Below, in pieces: positions 1 to 9,910 of a stretch of 37,171 nucleotides of DNA; the first letter of the stretch is position 1; each line of letters begins with the position of its first letter. The position numbers and the translations under genes are program-made. The notes beneath the pieces are model-generated. The model was not told the origin of the DNA. It made no database searches and worked only from the letters and a program-made list of their open reading frames with translations. Source of the DNA: a virus (Duplodnaviria > Caudoviricetes); IMG/VR virus record IMGVR_UViG_3300020045_001103, positions 1 through 37,171 of that record; one strand, 5' to 3'.

Positions 1-1
1 A

Positions 2-406
2 TACGATGTAAATGGAAGAAGGTTTAAGGCCTGCTTAAATATGTCTAAAATAAACGCTGGACAATTCATAGACTTCCAAAACTACGCTAAAACATTTAAA
101 CTGCAAGAAATACTGAGTGTATTCTTAATACCACAGACAAAGAAGCTATTTAGATATACAGATAATAAGTACAATAAAGGATATGATATATTTGAAGTAC
201 AAGATTATCTATACAATAACTTTACTATTGGAGATGCAAATGAATTAAGCAATTTTTTTTTAAACAGTTCCAACGACTTATTGAGGGTTATGAAAGCATA
301 TTTGGTGAAGCGAGACCTAAAGCAGAGGATGAGGATATTGGAACTGAAACAGAACAAACTAAGCCATATGTTTGGCTCCAAGCAACAGAAAACGTTGCAG
401 AAATAG
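2..406 (+). CDS. 5'-truncated siphovirus-type tail assembly chaperone (G-like, frame 0 product); foreign fragment
   Basis: Frame is open from the window edge (YDVNGRRFKACLNMSKINAGQFIDFQNY...). The NG..F...L..I.aGqFIDf..Y pattern followed by NFFL over a T9 run resembles G/GT chaperones of Bacteroidota siphoviruses. Confidence 0.55.
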   Translation, partial: YDVNGRRFKACLNMSKINAGQFIDFQNYAKTFKLQEILSVFLIPQTKKLFRYTDNKYNKGYDIFEVQDYLYNNFTIGDANELSNFFLNSSNDLLRVMKAYLVKRDLKQRMRILELKQNKLSHMFGSKQQKTLQK

Positions 407-519
407 CAAGGATATCTCTATTTGATGCATTTGAATTAGATGTTATAGAATACTTAAATATATTAGCTTACTGTAGTTATAAAAACAAAATGCTTGAAAA
501 GAAATATAAAAAGAAATGA
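244..519 (+). CDS. -1 frameshift extension (T-like part of a GT fusion) of the tail assembly chaperone
   Basis: The -1 frame is open 244-519 and reads FFFKQFQRLIEGYESIFGEARPKAEDED...PYVWLQATENVAEIARISLFDAFELDVIEYLNILAYCSYKNKMLEKKYKKK. It has no early ATG, and its TGA overlaps the next ATG (ATGA, 516-519). Confidence 0.6.
   Translation: MKQFFFKQFQRLIEGYESIFGEARPKAEDEDIGTETEQTKPYVWLQATENVAEIARISLFDAFELDVIEYLNILAYCSYKNKMLEKKYKKK
253..262 (+). promoter_or_regulatory. Putative -1 programmed ribosomal frameshift slippery site (T TTT TTT TTA)
   Basis: T9 run giving XXXYYYZ heptamers in the frame of ORF 41..406, just after the start of the open -1 frame. Confidence 0.6.
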
Positions 520-763
520 TAGAGTATAAAAATATGATTGATGGGGCGTATACATTTAATGATGTATCAAAATCTAAATATCAAATAGGATTTGGCAAGC
601 TTCACTCTGGTGTAAATAATTTCATATCGAAATTTATATCAGCAATAGATGATTCAAATATATATTCAGCAGAATTAAATGCTACGCAATTCCCATTAAA
701 TGATGTATCTGGTGCAAAGAATTATGCAAATTTCAAATTCTTTCCTAAGTGTCCACAATATGA

Positions 764-916
764 CTTAATGACACCACCGCCATTGCCGGCACATTTGATA
801 CCCTTACCGCATACCGCAAAGCACCAGGGCAACTTAAAAGGGTAGAGGTAAAGGCATACACCCGCGCCAATGGCACGAAAGTAAAAGCGCACAAAAGGAG
901 TGATCGACATTCTTAA
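764..916 (+). pseudogene. C-terminal fragment of a protein with a VKAYTRANGTKVKAHKRS-type motif
   Basis: This frame is not in the ORF track and reads LNDTTAIAGTFDTLTAYRKAPGQLKRVEVKAYTRANGTKVKAHKRSDRHS*. It has no start codon and is GC/CG-richer than its flanks. Confidence 0.4.
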
Positions 917-926
917 ACATAAAAGC

Positions 927-1343
927 ATGACAACATATATTATGGATGATAGCCTGCCAAACTGGACCGATGTTGCACAGGTATTATTCAGCGCCATAGG
1001 GATGTTTGTAGCACTATGGACTTTAATTAAATTAGTTTCGAGAGATAAGGATCGTGAATCTGAAATAAGAAGCCTGTCAACAATCGCTGAGCAATTATAC
1101 GATTTACAAAAACTCAATGATCGCCGTTATATGCAAACCAAAACACCAAGGCTTGAAATGGAAATAAAACACGATGAATTTCCTACCAATTATCGTTTTA
1201 TACATTTTAAAAATTTCTATTTTTCTTATTTCTATTTCTTGTTTTTTGGATTTGAAAAACACGTTATTAATTTAGCGATATTTTTGTTGTGTTATATAGT
1301 AGCATATATAAATCTTTTTTATATCTATCTATTGCTTTCTTAG
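927..1343 (+). CDS. Hypothetical membrane protein (N-terminal TM helix); C-terminus probably chimeric
   Basis: NWTDVAQVLFSAIGMFVALWTLIKL hydrophobic helix followed by a charged helix. After ~1210 it turns into low-complexity AT-rich sequence that overlaps the phage gene. Confidence 0.35.
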   Translation: MTTYIMDDSLPNWTDVAQVLFSAIGMFVALWTLIKLVSRDKDRESEIRSLSTIAEQLYDLQKLNDRRYMQTKTPRLEMEIKHDEFPTNYRFIHFKNFYFSYFYFLFFGFEKHVINLAIFLLCYIVAYINLFYIYLLLS

Positions 1344-2244
1344 TTTCATCACCATAAATTCCATCTGGTGTAGCACCAAGCTCTTGTTGATAAGCTGCTA
1401 TAGTCTCTTTATCAGCTGTAGCTAGATTATCTAAAGTATTAAATAGAGTTTCTCTTTCTGTAGCTAATTTAGCTTTATATTTCTCAGCTTCTTGATTATA
1501 ATCTATACCTCTAGTCTGATACCATTTCTCAATAGTTAATTGGTCTTTATATTTAGGATTATCCAACATTTGATTAGTAACTTCAGCTACTAACTCAGGA
1601 GTAATTTCTTGTGTTTTAATCTTTTGAATCCAATCTGGTTTAATCCAATTAGTAAATTCTGTATCTTGATTTAATTGAATATTCTTCATACCTTCAATAA
1701 CATCTTTTTGTATATCTACATAAGGAGTTAACTCTGGGTCAGAGAATCCTTTAATAACTCTCTCTTTAGATTTATCATAAAACTTATCCCAGGTTGCTCC
1801 TTGAAGTTGTGATTCCAATTGATTCATTGCCCATTCCTTATTATATTTAATAGGGTCTTTAGCATGGAATTCTTCTATCCTTTTAACTCCTTCAAGGTAT
1901 TGTTTCTTAGTATTAGCAAAGTGAGAGTACTCACTATTAGGGTCTTGGATTTCTCTTTTAGCATCTCTAATTAAAGTATTCAATTCTTTGTTACCTTCTC
2001 TAAAAGATTTAGCATAAAGCTCTGGAAGTTTATCTATCTTATCTCTCCACACTTGATGATATTCATCCGCTTGTGGTTGAAATTGATTTAAAGCATCTGG
2101 CATTAAGGCATCTATTGATGCCTCAGCCAAATCTTTTTGTTGTTGTTGTTGTCCTAGTAATAAATCTAACCCCTCATAATTAGGTTGATAAAGTTGTATA
2201 TTATCGAATGTAGTAGGGGCTAGAGTTGTATATCTATTTGCCAT
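1267..2244 (-). CDS. crAss-like ejected cargo/internal virion protein, probably truncated at the chimeric junction; ends in a peptidoglycan-binding-like motif
   Basis: Follows muzzle and cargo-1. MANRY...YQPNYE N-terminus, helical and charged; YQQELGATPDGIYGDETKKAI near the break. Confidence 0.55.
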   Translation of the reverse strand: MANRYTTLAPTTFDNIQLYQPNYEGLDLLLGQQQQQKDLAEASIDALMPDALNQFQPQADEYHQVWRDKIDKLPELYAKSFREGNKELNTLIRDAKREIQDPNSEYSHFANTKKQYLEGVKRIEEFHAKDPIKYNKEWAMNQLESQLQGATWDKFYDKSKERVIKGFSDPELTPYVDIQKDVIEGMKNIQLNQDTEFTNWIKPDWIQKIKTQEITPELVAEVTNQMLDNPKYKDQLTIEKWYQTRGIDYNQEAEKYKAKLATERETLFNTLDNLATADKETIAAYQQELGATPDGIYGDETKKAIDRYKKDLYMLLYNTTKISLN

Positions 2245-4300
2245 TTTGTTTATATTTAATTAAGCTTTCTTGTAATTTCTCTGCATCAGCAATAGTATAC
2301 TTACCTTCTTTTAATCTCTTATAAGTTTCTCCATCTATTCCATAATCAGAATATTTCATTCCTAACATAGCCAAAGACTCTGTAACTTGCATATCATTAA
2401 CTTTAACTTTAGTTTCAAATTCTCCTGCTCTTCCAACATCTCCTAGTACTGTTCCTAGATTAGTCAACCATTGTCCTTTATTTCTAGCTGTAGCATCTTC
2501 TGCATAAACTTTAGCTCTAGCTTCTTCAGAACCTAATTGTGAAAGTACTTGAGCTTCTTGTTGCTTATAATTATTATTCTGCATTTGTTCTTGTAATTTA
2601 GCATTCATAGCTGCATTACCTGCTGCATTATAAGTTCTTGCATCTAAAGCTCTTTTAACATTTAAAGACCTAGCATCTTGGTTAGAAGCTAAAGCAGCAT
2701 TTCTTTGAAGATTAATTTGATTCAAGAGAGCTTGGTTATTAATTCTATTCTGCATTAGACTCTTAACTTTATTAGCTTCAGGATTTAATTCAGGATTAAC
2801 TTTATCAAAACCTGAAGAAAGTATTCCAGCTTTACCAGCCATTTCAATTCCTTTACCTATTCTAGCTGGAGTTAAATAATCCATTCCAGCTTTCTCTTTA
2901 GTAGTAACTGGGGTAGTTTTATTATTAATAGTATTTTTCTCATCACTTAAAGGCATTACTTGATACTCATTTTCTCCATAAATTTCAGAATCTTTACCAT
3001 AAGGCACTAGTTGGAAATTAATAAAATCTCCATAGTATTTAGTAGGGTCAAAATTAACTGAAGCCCCTGCTAGATAATTTTGTTTTTCATCTTCAGGTAA
3101 ATAAGGAATTCCACCATTATCCATCTTTTTAAGTTTACCTCCACATTTCAATTTAATATTAGGATAATACTTTTTATTAGCTTCTCCCTCTTTATCTAAT
3201 TTATGTAATTCTTGTTCCCAAAAACTAGGATTATAAGCTCCAAAATTCATTCTATTAAGATTCCTTGCTCCTTCAACACTAATCCCTTCTTTATTTAGTT
3301 GTGCTTTAACATAATCTAATTCAGAATTAAATTTATCTCCTTGGCTATAAGCTTCATCTAAATTAGTATCTATACCAGATTCACTTGTATGAGATGCTAT
3401 CTTTCTTAATTTACCTTTTATAGGGTCTCCACCTAATTCCATAATAGAAGTATTAGAATTCTCTACTTGAGACTTAGACATTTCATTTTGTCCTTTAAGC
3501 AAGTCTAACTGAAGCTTTCTAGTTTTCATAGAGATAGGGTCATTTTTAGACTTAAATCTATTCTCTATAGTTTTAGATACTGCTGCAAAGGTTTTACCAT
3601 TAGGTGCTTTAAGTGTATCAGAGAATACATATCCATTGTGCATTGTTTCTTTCTTCTCTATTTCAGCTATAGCTTTATTTGGATTAGAAGTCTCAGCTCC
3701 AGTTGAAGTAATCATCTGTCCACCATTTTCATGAGAAGGTGCATCATATTTTATTAATGCACCTCCTAATTTTAAAGTAGTTTCTCCATAAGGATTAGTT
3801 TGAAGAGTTTTCTTTAACTCTTCTTCTTGTAATTTTTTCTTAGAATCTCCAGCTGCAATCATAGAACCTATTATAGGAATCATGTATTCTGGTTTACCCT
3901 CTTTAAAAGCTCTCATTACAGATTTATGGGGAGAAAATAAACCTTCCCCTAAACCTGGTGCTATGGAGTCTCCTAAAGCTTCCCCAGCTTTACCAATACT
4001 CATAAAGGTACTAGTAATAGGATTAGAGCCTAATCCTGCTTCTATACCCTTTTGAAGAGGGTCATTAGCTACAGAATATTCCTTAGTATTTTTCCAATCT
4101 AATTCTGAATTAATTGCACCTGTAGCAGCACCAGTTAAAGCACCTAGCTGACCAAAAGAATTTATATCAAATGGTTTTTTCTTTTTAGTTGGGTCTCCAC
4201 CCATAAAGTCCCCCATTTCCCCACCAGTAAAATACTTAGGGAGTTTACCTCCCTTAGTACATTTCTTGAGATTTACTTTAATAGTTTTTTTATTTTTCAT
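2234..4300 (-). CDS. crAss-like cargo protein 1 (internal virion/ejection protein)
   Basis: Directly after the muzzle gene. Gly/Ala-rich amphipathic segments, PSHENGG and EIEKKE...YVFSD motifs, repeated K/M-x-x-GG motifs and a Q/N/A-rich coiled-coil C-terminus. Confidence 0.65.
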   Translation of the reverse strand: MKNKKTIKVNLKKCTKGGKLPKYFTGGEMGDFMGGDPTKKKKPFDINSFGQLGALTGAATGAINSELDWKNTKEYSVANDPLQKGIEAGLGSNPITSTFMSIGKAGEALGDSIAPGLGEGLFSPHKSVMRAFKEGKPEYMIPIIGSMIAAGDSKKKLQEEELKKTLQTNPYGETTLKLGGALIKYDAPSHENGGQMITSTGAETSNPNKAIAEIEKKETMHNGYVFSDTLKAPNGKTFAAVSKTIENRFKSKNDPISMKTRKLQLDLLKGQNEMSKSQVENSNTSIMELGGDPIKGKLRKIASHTSESGIDTNLDEAYSQGDKFNSELDYVKAQLNKEGISVEGARNLNRMNFGAYNPSFWEQELHKLDKEGEANKKYYPNIKLKCGGKLKKMDNGGIPYLPEDEKQNYLAGASVNFDPTKYYGDFINFQLVPYGKDSEIYGENEYQVMPLSDEKNTINNKTTPVTTKEKAGMDYLTPARIGKGIEMAGKAGILSSGFDKVNPELNPEANKVKSLMQNRINNQALLNQINLQRNAALASNQDARSLNVKRALDARTYNAAGNAAMNAKLQEQMQNNNYKQQEAQVLSQLGSEEARAKVYAEDATARNKGQWLTNLGTVLGDVGRAGEFETKVKVNDMQVTESLAMLGMKYSDYGIDGETYKRLKEGKYTIADAEKLQESLIKYKQNGK

Positions 4301-4302
4301 TG

Positions 4303-7300
4303 TTATCTTATTGAATATAATTCAGCTGTTTGAGCTAAATTTAAAGTTAATTTTAAATCTGGAGAAGCAAAATCTTTATTATAACTTAATCTAACTATAA
4401 AGTATTTACCAGTTAAATCTGAAAGGTCTTCCATCTCAGCACCTATTATAGCTTGATTAGTTACTTTATCTATATACCCTTGATAACCATTTATAATTCC
4501 AAATTGTGCATTATAATCAAAGTAAGTCCAATCAGAAGAAAATATAGCTGTAGAAGGAGTATTAACTACATTTCTAATTAAACTAACTCTACAATTTTCA
4601 TCTTTTTTGATTACTTGTCTTTGCCCTACATTAAAATCTAGATTATCCTCATCATCTGCTTTAAGGGTTAAAGTAATATCACCAGTAGATTGTCTATCAT
4701 TATAAGCAATCATTTGAGTATAAGTAACATCATCTACATTCAGATTAATTAAATTAACATCATCATAAAGTTCAGTCTTACCATACCAATAGATATTATG
4801 TAAATTCATAGTATTCATATCATTTACCACAAACTCTAAAGTATGGGGAAATTGATAACCATAGTAATTAGTGTAATTTCTAAATCCATGTTTATAGATA
4901 ATAGAATCCATCACAGTAATAATTGGGTCTGGCTTAATATAACTATAGAAAGTGTAGTTATTAAAGAACATATAATTAGGTTGGTATGAATGCCAACTAA
5001 TCCAAGATTGGTCTTTATAACTATAAGACATTGTCCAAGATTTATTTAAAAAATAATCTCTATTACTAAAATTAATTTTTTCATATTCCATCCCATTCCA
5101 AATATAGAAATGAGTTTCATTAGGTTTGACATGTTCCCCATGTACTCCTTCTATTACACCATAATATAAACCTCCAAACACTTCTGAAGTTCCTACTAAT
5201 CCTTGGAAGTTTTCAAGTGCATAAGAAGTTAAATCATAATCTGCTTTATGTAGAATATATCTTTCAAACTTAGAGTCATAAGTAGCAAATAATCCTACAC
5301 CTCTCCATGAAGCTGTATTGTCTATACAATCATAAGGTATATTTAGTAGCTTCATTCTCCTTTCAAAGAATGATGGTAAATTCTCTCTAAACCAATGATA
5401 CATACCTCTCTTAGAAATTTCTACTAAACCTTCTCCAGATGAGTTAAATATTTTTCCTTCCTTTTGGTCTACCCAAGTCCAACCAAATTCTGTTGCTACA
5501 GAATTAAATTTTCCTTGATTACCTGCATATCCAATAGCTTTTTTTACAAATTCTTTTGGGGCAATAGATAAAAAGTCTCCAGTTCCTACTTGAATATCTG
5601 AAACATCAGTTTGAAGAACCTGTGGATTAGGAATCATTTGAAATAAAGATTCTTCGGTAGTAATTAGTAATTGATTTTTATCAAACTTTAAATTAGTTAT
5701 AGCTCCTCTATTAGCTGGAATATCAATATAATCATTAGCATTATTAATCTTCCATTTATCAGCTACTTCCTCTTCAAAAGATACTGGAGAGAAAGCTATT
5801 CTATTAGGATACTCATTAGCACAATCTAGACAGAAGTTAAAAGTCTCTGCTATTGGAAAGAATTTATCTTCATTAGTTTGTATAGAATAATCTGTATTAT
5901 AACCAAAGAATTCAGTACAATCATCATCTTGGAAAAAGTCTAAATAATCATCTAAACTAGTAAAATCTTTTTCATAATATTTAGCACAAGTATCTGTTCC
6001 AGTATGTCTTAGATTAAGATTTATATCTGATTCTACATAAGTAAAATGTAAGAAATTTATTTGATTTCTACCTTCCACAGCTGCATCAGCGTATCTTGTT
6101 ATTTGTCCAGATACAGCATTTCCAGTTGGAACAAAAGGATTTGGAGAATCTCCAGCAGCAATAGCAATAGCTAAATGACCATTATTTACATTTAAGTCAG
6201 GTTTATATGGAAAATTATTGTCAAAGTATTTAGCATAAGTAAATCTAGTAATAAAAATATCTCCACCAAAATTAGTCTCTAAAGGGTCTGCAAAACTCTC
6301 TTCATACTTAGTACAAGTATCTAAAGGAACATAAGCCATAGAAGTTAAATTTGTATAAACTTGTCTATTAGCTTTAAGTCCTACATAAAAACAATTCCAA
6401 CCAGCTTGTCCATCATCATACATAGGATGTGAAGGATGTGTTACATCATCAACTGCTCCTATATTTCTAATTACGCCTCTAGGTAAACTCTGTGAATTTT
6501 CAAATATCATAACTGTATTTGAAGTTAAGATATTCTTAAATTGAACTATTTTAGTTTCTCTACCCCCAAATGTAGCTACAATATCTAATGGTATATTAGA
6601 TTCAGGAGACATTATCTTAGAATTTTGTACTAACCTATTTTCAAATCTAGCTCTATAATGAGGTACTATTGGAAATAAATCTGAATCATTATAAGGAAAT
6701 CTTGAAGTTTGAGTATCACAATAAGGATAATCTAAATTACTTCTCATATCAAAAAACTCATAACCTCCTGAAACTGTAATAAAATCATTATTAGAATAAG
6801 CATCCATGAATTGAACATAAGGGGGACTAGTACTACCTCCTGTTGAAGCACTTAGATATCCAGGTCTAATAGCAGATTCATTCTTCATGTAAAAAGAATT
6901 ACCTAGATAAGTTTTAAATGTTTGTAACATTGGAGAATGAAACATACCTACAGAACCAGTACAACATAAATGGTGAACAGGTTCATAATGGGGGATATCT
7001 ACAAAGTTCCCAGCTATTCTTTCTGCATCAGTAGGAGCTGTATTAAAATTACCATCTTTCCAATTCTCTGTAGCTACACTATAAATGCCTTTATCTAAAA
7101 CTGTTTTATCATTATTAGTTCTCTCTACTCTAACAAATATATGCCCTTCAACTTGAGATTTAATAAAGGCTGGAAGTGCAGCATAAAAAGCTGTTGTATC
7201 AAACACTATTCCCATAGGTTTAATAGTTCCTCCAAATATATTTCCAACAAGGTCTTTTTCAAAATGCTCTATAATACCTACATCAGGAAATTTATGATGT

Positions 7301-9117
7301 CTTATATAAGCTGTTTCAGTAGGGTCATTAGGGTCTACAGGATATATAAAGTTACCATCACAGTCTGTTATTTTAGGATATCTAGTATTTAATTGATGAA
7401 AAGCCATTTTACCTCTTGTAGGATAAGTTGAAGTAAAACCATTATAAAGAATAGCAGTATTAAAAACCATCCATCTAGGTATTAAAGCCCCTCCAAAACC
7501 AGGCGCACGACCATACCCCAGTACATCATCTATATAACTTGTTAAACCTAAATGAGCTACATTGTCGAATATTATTTGAGTGTCTGGGTCAAATCCACCT
7601 GACACTTGATTGTAGTCATTAGTCCATTTAATAGCTGGACTTGGGTTTAAAGTTGCTTCTAGTAATTGCCAATCCCATTCATCTTCTGATGCAGGTACTT
7701 GATTTCTATTATGTATATTCCCATTTCCAGCTGTTATAACACTGGTAGGTGCAGCAGCAGCATAAGAAGGTAATAAATCTGCTCTAACTAAAGCTTCTCT
7801 TCCAGGTATATGAAAAGCAGGAGAATAAACTCCATTAGCTAATTTAAGTACTATACCAAAAGCATATACTTCATCTCTCATATAACTTCTATTGACAGCA
7901 TAGTAATTAGGATTCTTAGAATTAATACCTGCTTCTGTTTCAGCTTCCTCTTCAATAAATGAAAACTCTGCTTCTATAGTATTGGCAGCCATTTGAACTA
8001 AAGACCAATCTAAGTTTTCTTCTTTAAGATTAGCCCTAATTAGTCTACCATTAATCTGTTCTTGAACACAAGATACAGAATAAACTTGTTTAGGTACTGT
8101 AACTTCATCTTCTGTTACAGGTAAATCTAAATTTGCATTTAAGAAGTCAAATAATATAGTAGTAGAAGTAGTTTGCCTTACATCTACATAATTAGATTTA
8201 AGTGCTAAACCAGCTGTAAATCCATCTGAATTTACATAATATTTAACTACTAATCTTATATAACTTATAGGAGAAGATAAATCTTCTACTCTTAATTTAA
8301 TAGCATTATTAGTAGTAGGTACTCCACCAACTTCAGGTGGATTAAATTCTATATTAGTAGCTCCATCTATCTCTAACCAATTAGAACCTAATGATTCATC
8401 TACAATAGGTACAGGATGTATAAAATTAGTAAATCCTAATCTATTAAAATCCCCATCAAGCAATTCTAGTTTGAACTTATACATGCCAACATCTAACTTT
8501 CCAGCACCTTCAATAATAGAATCAAATTCTAAACATGGATAACTTAAAGATGGATTTAAACCCATCTTATTACAATCCCAAGCATAGAGTCCAGTGGCTA
8601 TAAAATAGTCCTCTGGTGTGTCTCCTGGATTAGTTTCTAGGTATATAATATAAGCATCATTATAGTACAAATCCAAGTCATCTAAATTAATATAAAGGTC
8701 TTTACTATAACAGTCATATAAAGTAATTACTCTTTCACAACCATTTCTAACTTTAAACTCTCCTTTAACTTGATAACATTCATTGAGTGTAAAACAATCA
8801 CTCTCTATTAGTTTAGTATATTGACATTCATCAGACATTATTCCAATTTGAGTAACACCAAAGAAATCATCCTTATATAGTATTAGAACAGTATCCCCTT
8901 TATTGATAGAGATACTTCCTATAACAACAAATCCTTCATCTAATTCTAAACATTCTAAATTACCTGGTTCTGTATTAACAGATTGTCTAGAACCATCTAT
9001 AGAATCTGTTAGAGTATTAAGAGCAAATCTATAAGTAGACTTTTCTTGTTTATCTGGTTGCACATCTAGGTTTAAACCTTTGATGGGTAACTCTGGGTTG
9101 TATTTATTAATATCCAT
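4303..9117 (-). CDS. Muzzle / tail stabilization protein (P22 gp10-like, crAss-like)
   Basis: ~1600 aa. KGLNLD...YRFALN N-terminus, SYMRDEVYAFGI, FGGDIFITRF and TMSYS...WISWHSY motifs; sits after a ring protein. Start moved to ATG 9117 (MDINKY), which overlaps the upstream stop. Confidence 0.85.
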   Translation of the reverse strand: MDINKYNPELPIKGLNLDVQPDKQEKSTYRFALNTLTDSIDGSRQSVNTEPGNLECLELDEGFVVIGSISINKGDTVLILYKDDFFGVTQIGIMSDECQYTKLIESDCFTLNECYQVKGEFKVRNGCERVITLYDCYSKDLYINLDDLDLYYNDAYIIYLETNPGDTPEDYFIATGLYAWDCNKMGLNPSLSYPCLEFDSIIEGAGKLDVGMYKFKLELLDGDFNRLGFTNFIHPVPIVDESLGSNWLEIDGATNIEFNPPEVGGVPTTNNAIKLRVEDLSSPISYIRLVVKYYVNSDGFTAGLALKSNYVDVRQTTSTTILFDFLNANLDLPVTEDEVTVPKQVYSVSCVQEQINGRLIRANLKEENLDWSLVQMAANTIEAEFSFIEEEAETEAGINSKNPNYYAVNRSYMRDEVYAFGIVLKLANGVYSPAFHIPGREALVRADLLPSYAAAAPTSVITAGNGNIHNRNQVPASEDEWDWQLLEATLNPSPAIKWTNDYNQVSGGFDPDTQIIFDNVAHLGLTSYIDDVLGYGRAPGFGGALIPRWMVFNTAILYNGFTSTYPTRGKMAFHQLNTRYPKITDCDGNFIYPVDPNDPTETAYIRHHKFPDVGIIEHFEKDLVGNIFGGTIKPMGIVFDTTAFYAALPAFIKSQVEGHIFVRVERTNNDKTVLDKGIYSVATENWKDGNFNTAPTDAERIAGNFVDIPHYEPVHHLCCTGSVGMFHSPMLQTFKTYLGNSFYMKNESAIRPGYLSASTGGSTSPPYVQFMDAYSNNDFITVSGGYEFFDMRSNLDYPYCDTQTSRFPYNDSDLFPIVPHYRARFENRLVQNSKIMSPESNIPLDIVATFGGRETKIVQFKNILTSNTVMIFENSQSLPRGVIRNIGAVDDVTHPSHPMYDDGQAGWNCFYVGLKANRQVYTNLTSMAYVPLDTCTKYEESFADPLETNFGGDIFITRFTYAKYFDNNFPYKPDLNVNNGHLAIAIAAGDSPNPFVPTGNAVSGQITRYADAAVEGRNQINFLHFTYVESDINLNLRHTGTDTCAKYYEKDFTSLDDYLDFFQDDDCTEFFGYNTDYSIQTNEDKFFPIAETFNFCLDCANEYPNRIAFSPVSFEEEVADKWKINNANDYIDIPANRGAITNLKFDKNQLLITTEESLFQMIPNPQVLQTDVSDIQVGTGDFLSIAPKEFVKKAIGYAGNQGKFNSVATEFGWTWVDQKEGKIFNSSGEGLVEISKRGMYHWFRENLPSFFERRMKLLNIPYDCIDNTASWRGVGLFATYDSKFERYILHKADYDLTSYALENFQGLVGTSEVFGGLYYGVIEGVHGEHVKPNETHFYIWNGMEYEKINFSNRDYFLNKSWTMSYSYKDQSWISWHSYQPNYMFFNNYTFYSYIKPDPIITVMDSIIYKHGFRNYTNYYGYQFPHTLEFVVNDMNTMNLHNIYWYGKTELYDDVNLINLNVDDVTYTQMIAYNDRQSTGDITLTLKADDEDNLDFNVGQRQVIKKDENCRVSLIRNVVNTPSTAIFSSDWTYFDYNAQFGIINGYQGYIDKVTNQAIIGAEMEDLSDLTGKYFIVRLSYNKDFASPDLKLTLNLAQTAELYSIR

Positions 9118-9910
9118 ATCCTCTATTTGCATAAGCTGATGGTACATAAAAAATCTTAGACTGCCCAAACATAATACCTTTAAGAACATCTTCATCTACT
9201 GACCTTAGGAAGAATTTCCCCTTAGCTTTTTGTAATAATCTCTCTGCTCTTATTAAGTGCATTTCTGATAAACTCATAGCTCTTTCCTCATGTCTATCTC
9301 CTCTACCCTCCCAGTGCATATACTTGATATACTCTGCTAGTCCTCTCATAAGGTCAGCATCATCTGGAATTAAATAATTTCCATCTATATTATATTCTAC
9401 ATCATAATCTATACATAAAATTCCTTCAGGATAATCTACATAAATACAATCTCCTTTAATACTAAAACCACTACAATCATCAAAGGTACAACATTTAGTA
9501 CCAATTCCTTTATACTTTTGTATAGCTTTAAGTGGTCTAAAGTTATTATTGTAATAGGAGCTGGCTACAAATAATCCAAAGTTAATTGGAATTTTACATA
9601 AGTATTCTGTTTCAGTACTACAATTAGCTTCAAAATTATCTTGAATACAATAAGCTAGACTAGCTAAATCTGATTCAGATGGAGTAGTCTGCATATAAGT
9701 AACTAGATTAATTTCCCTCCAACCTTGAGGTAAAGTAGCTTTATTATTTTTAACTTCTAAGAAACAAATCTTTCTCTCATACTTCTGTGGAAATTCTACA
9801 GACCTTAAAGCTTGCATAGCCCAAGATAGTAATTGAGTTTCAGATTTTTCCTCTTCTTGTATTGCTGTAGAAACATAATTTAATACAGCTTTCAAAGGTA
9901 CATATTTCAT
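9107..9910 (-). CDS. Tail tubular / ring protein (P22 gp4-like, ring 1)
   Basis: MKYVPLKAVL...LEVKNNKATLP...DGNYLIPDD...LAEYI pattern; lies between the IHF-like and muzzle genes as in crAss-like genomes. Confidence 0.75.
   Translation of the reverse strand: MKYVPLKAVLNYVSTAIQEEEKSETQLLSWAMQALRSVEFPQKYERKICFLEVKNNKATLPQGWREINLVTYMQTTPSESDLASLAYCIQDNFEANCSTETEYLCKIPINFGLFVASSYYNNNFRPLKAIQKYKGIGTKCCTFDDCSGFSIKGDCIYVDYPEGILCIDYDVEYNIDGNYLIPDDADLMRGLAEYIKYMHWEGRGDRHEERAMSLSEMHLIRAERLLQKAKGKFFLRSVDEDVLKGIMFGQSKIFYVPSAYANRGYGY

Noticed and set aside
516-1117. ORFs 516..845 (+) and 722..1117 (-) as real genes
   Set aside because: Both cross apparent chimeric junctions; the Pro-rich tail of 516..845 is an off-frame read of the VKAYTRANG fragment.
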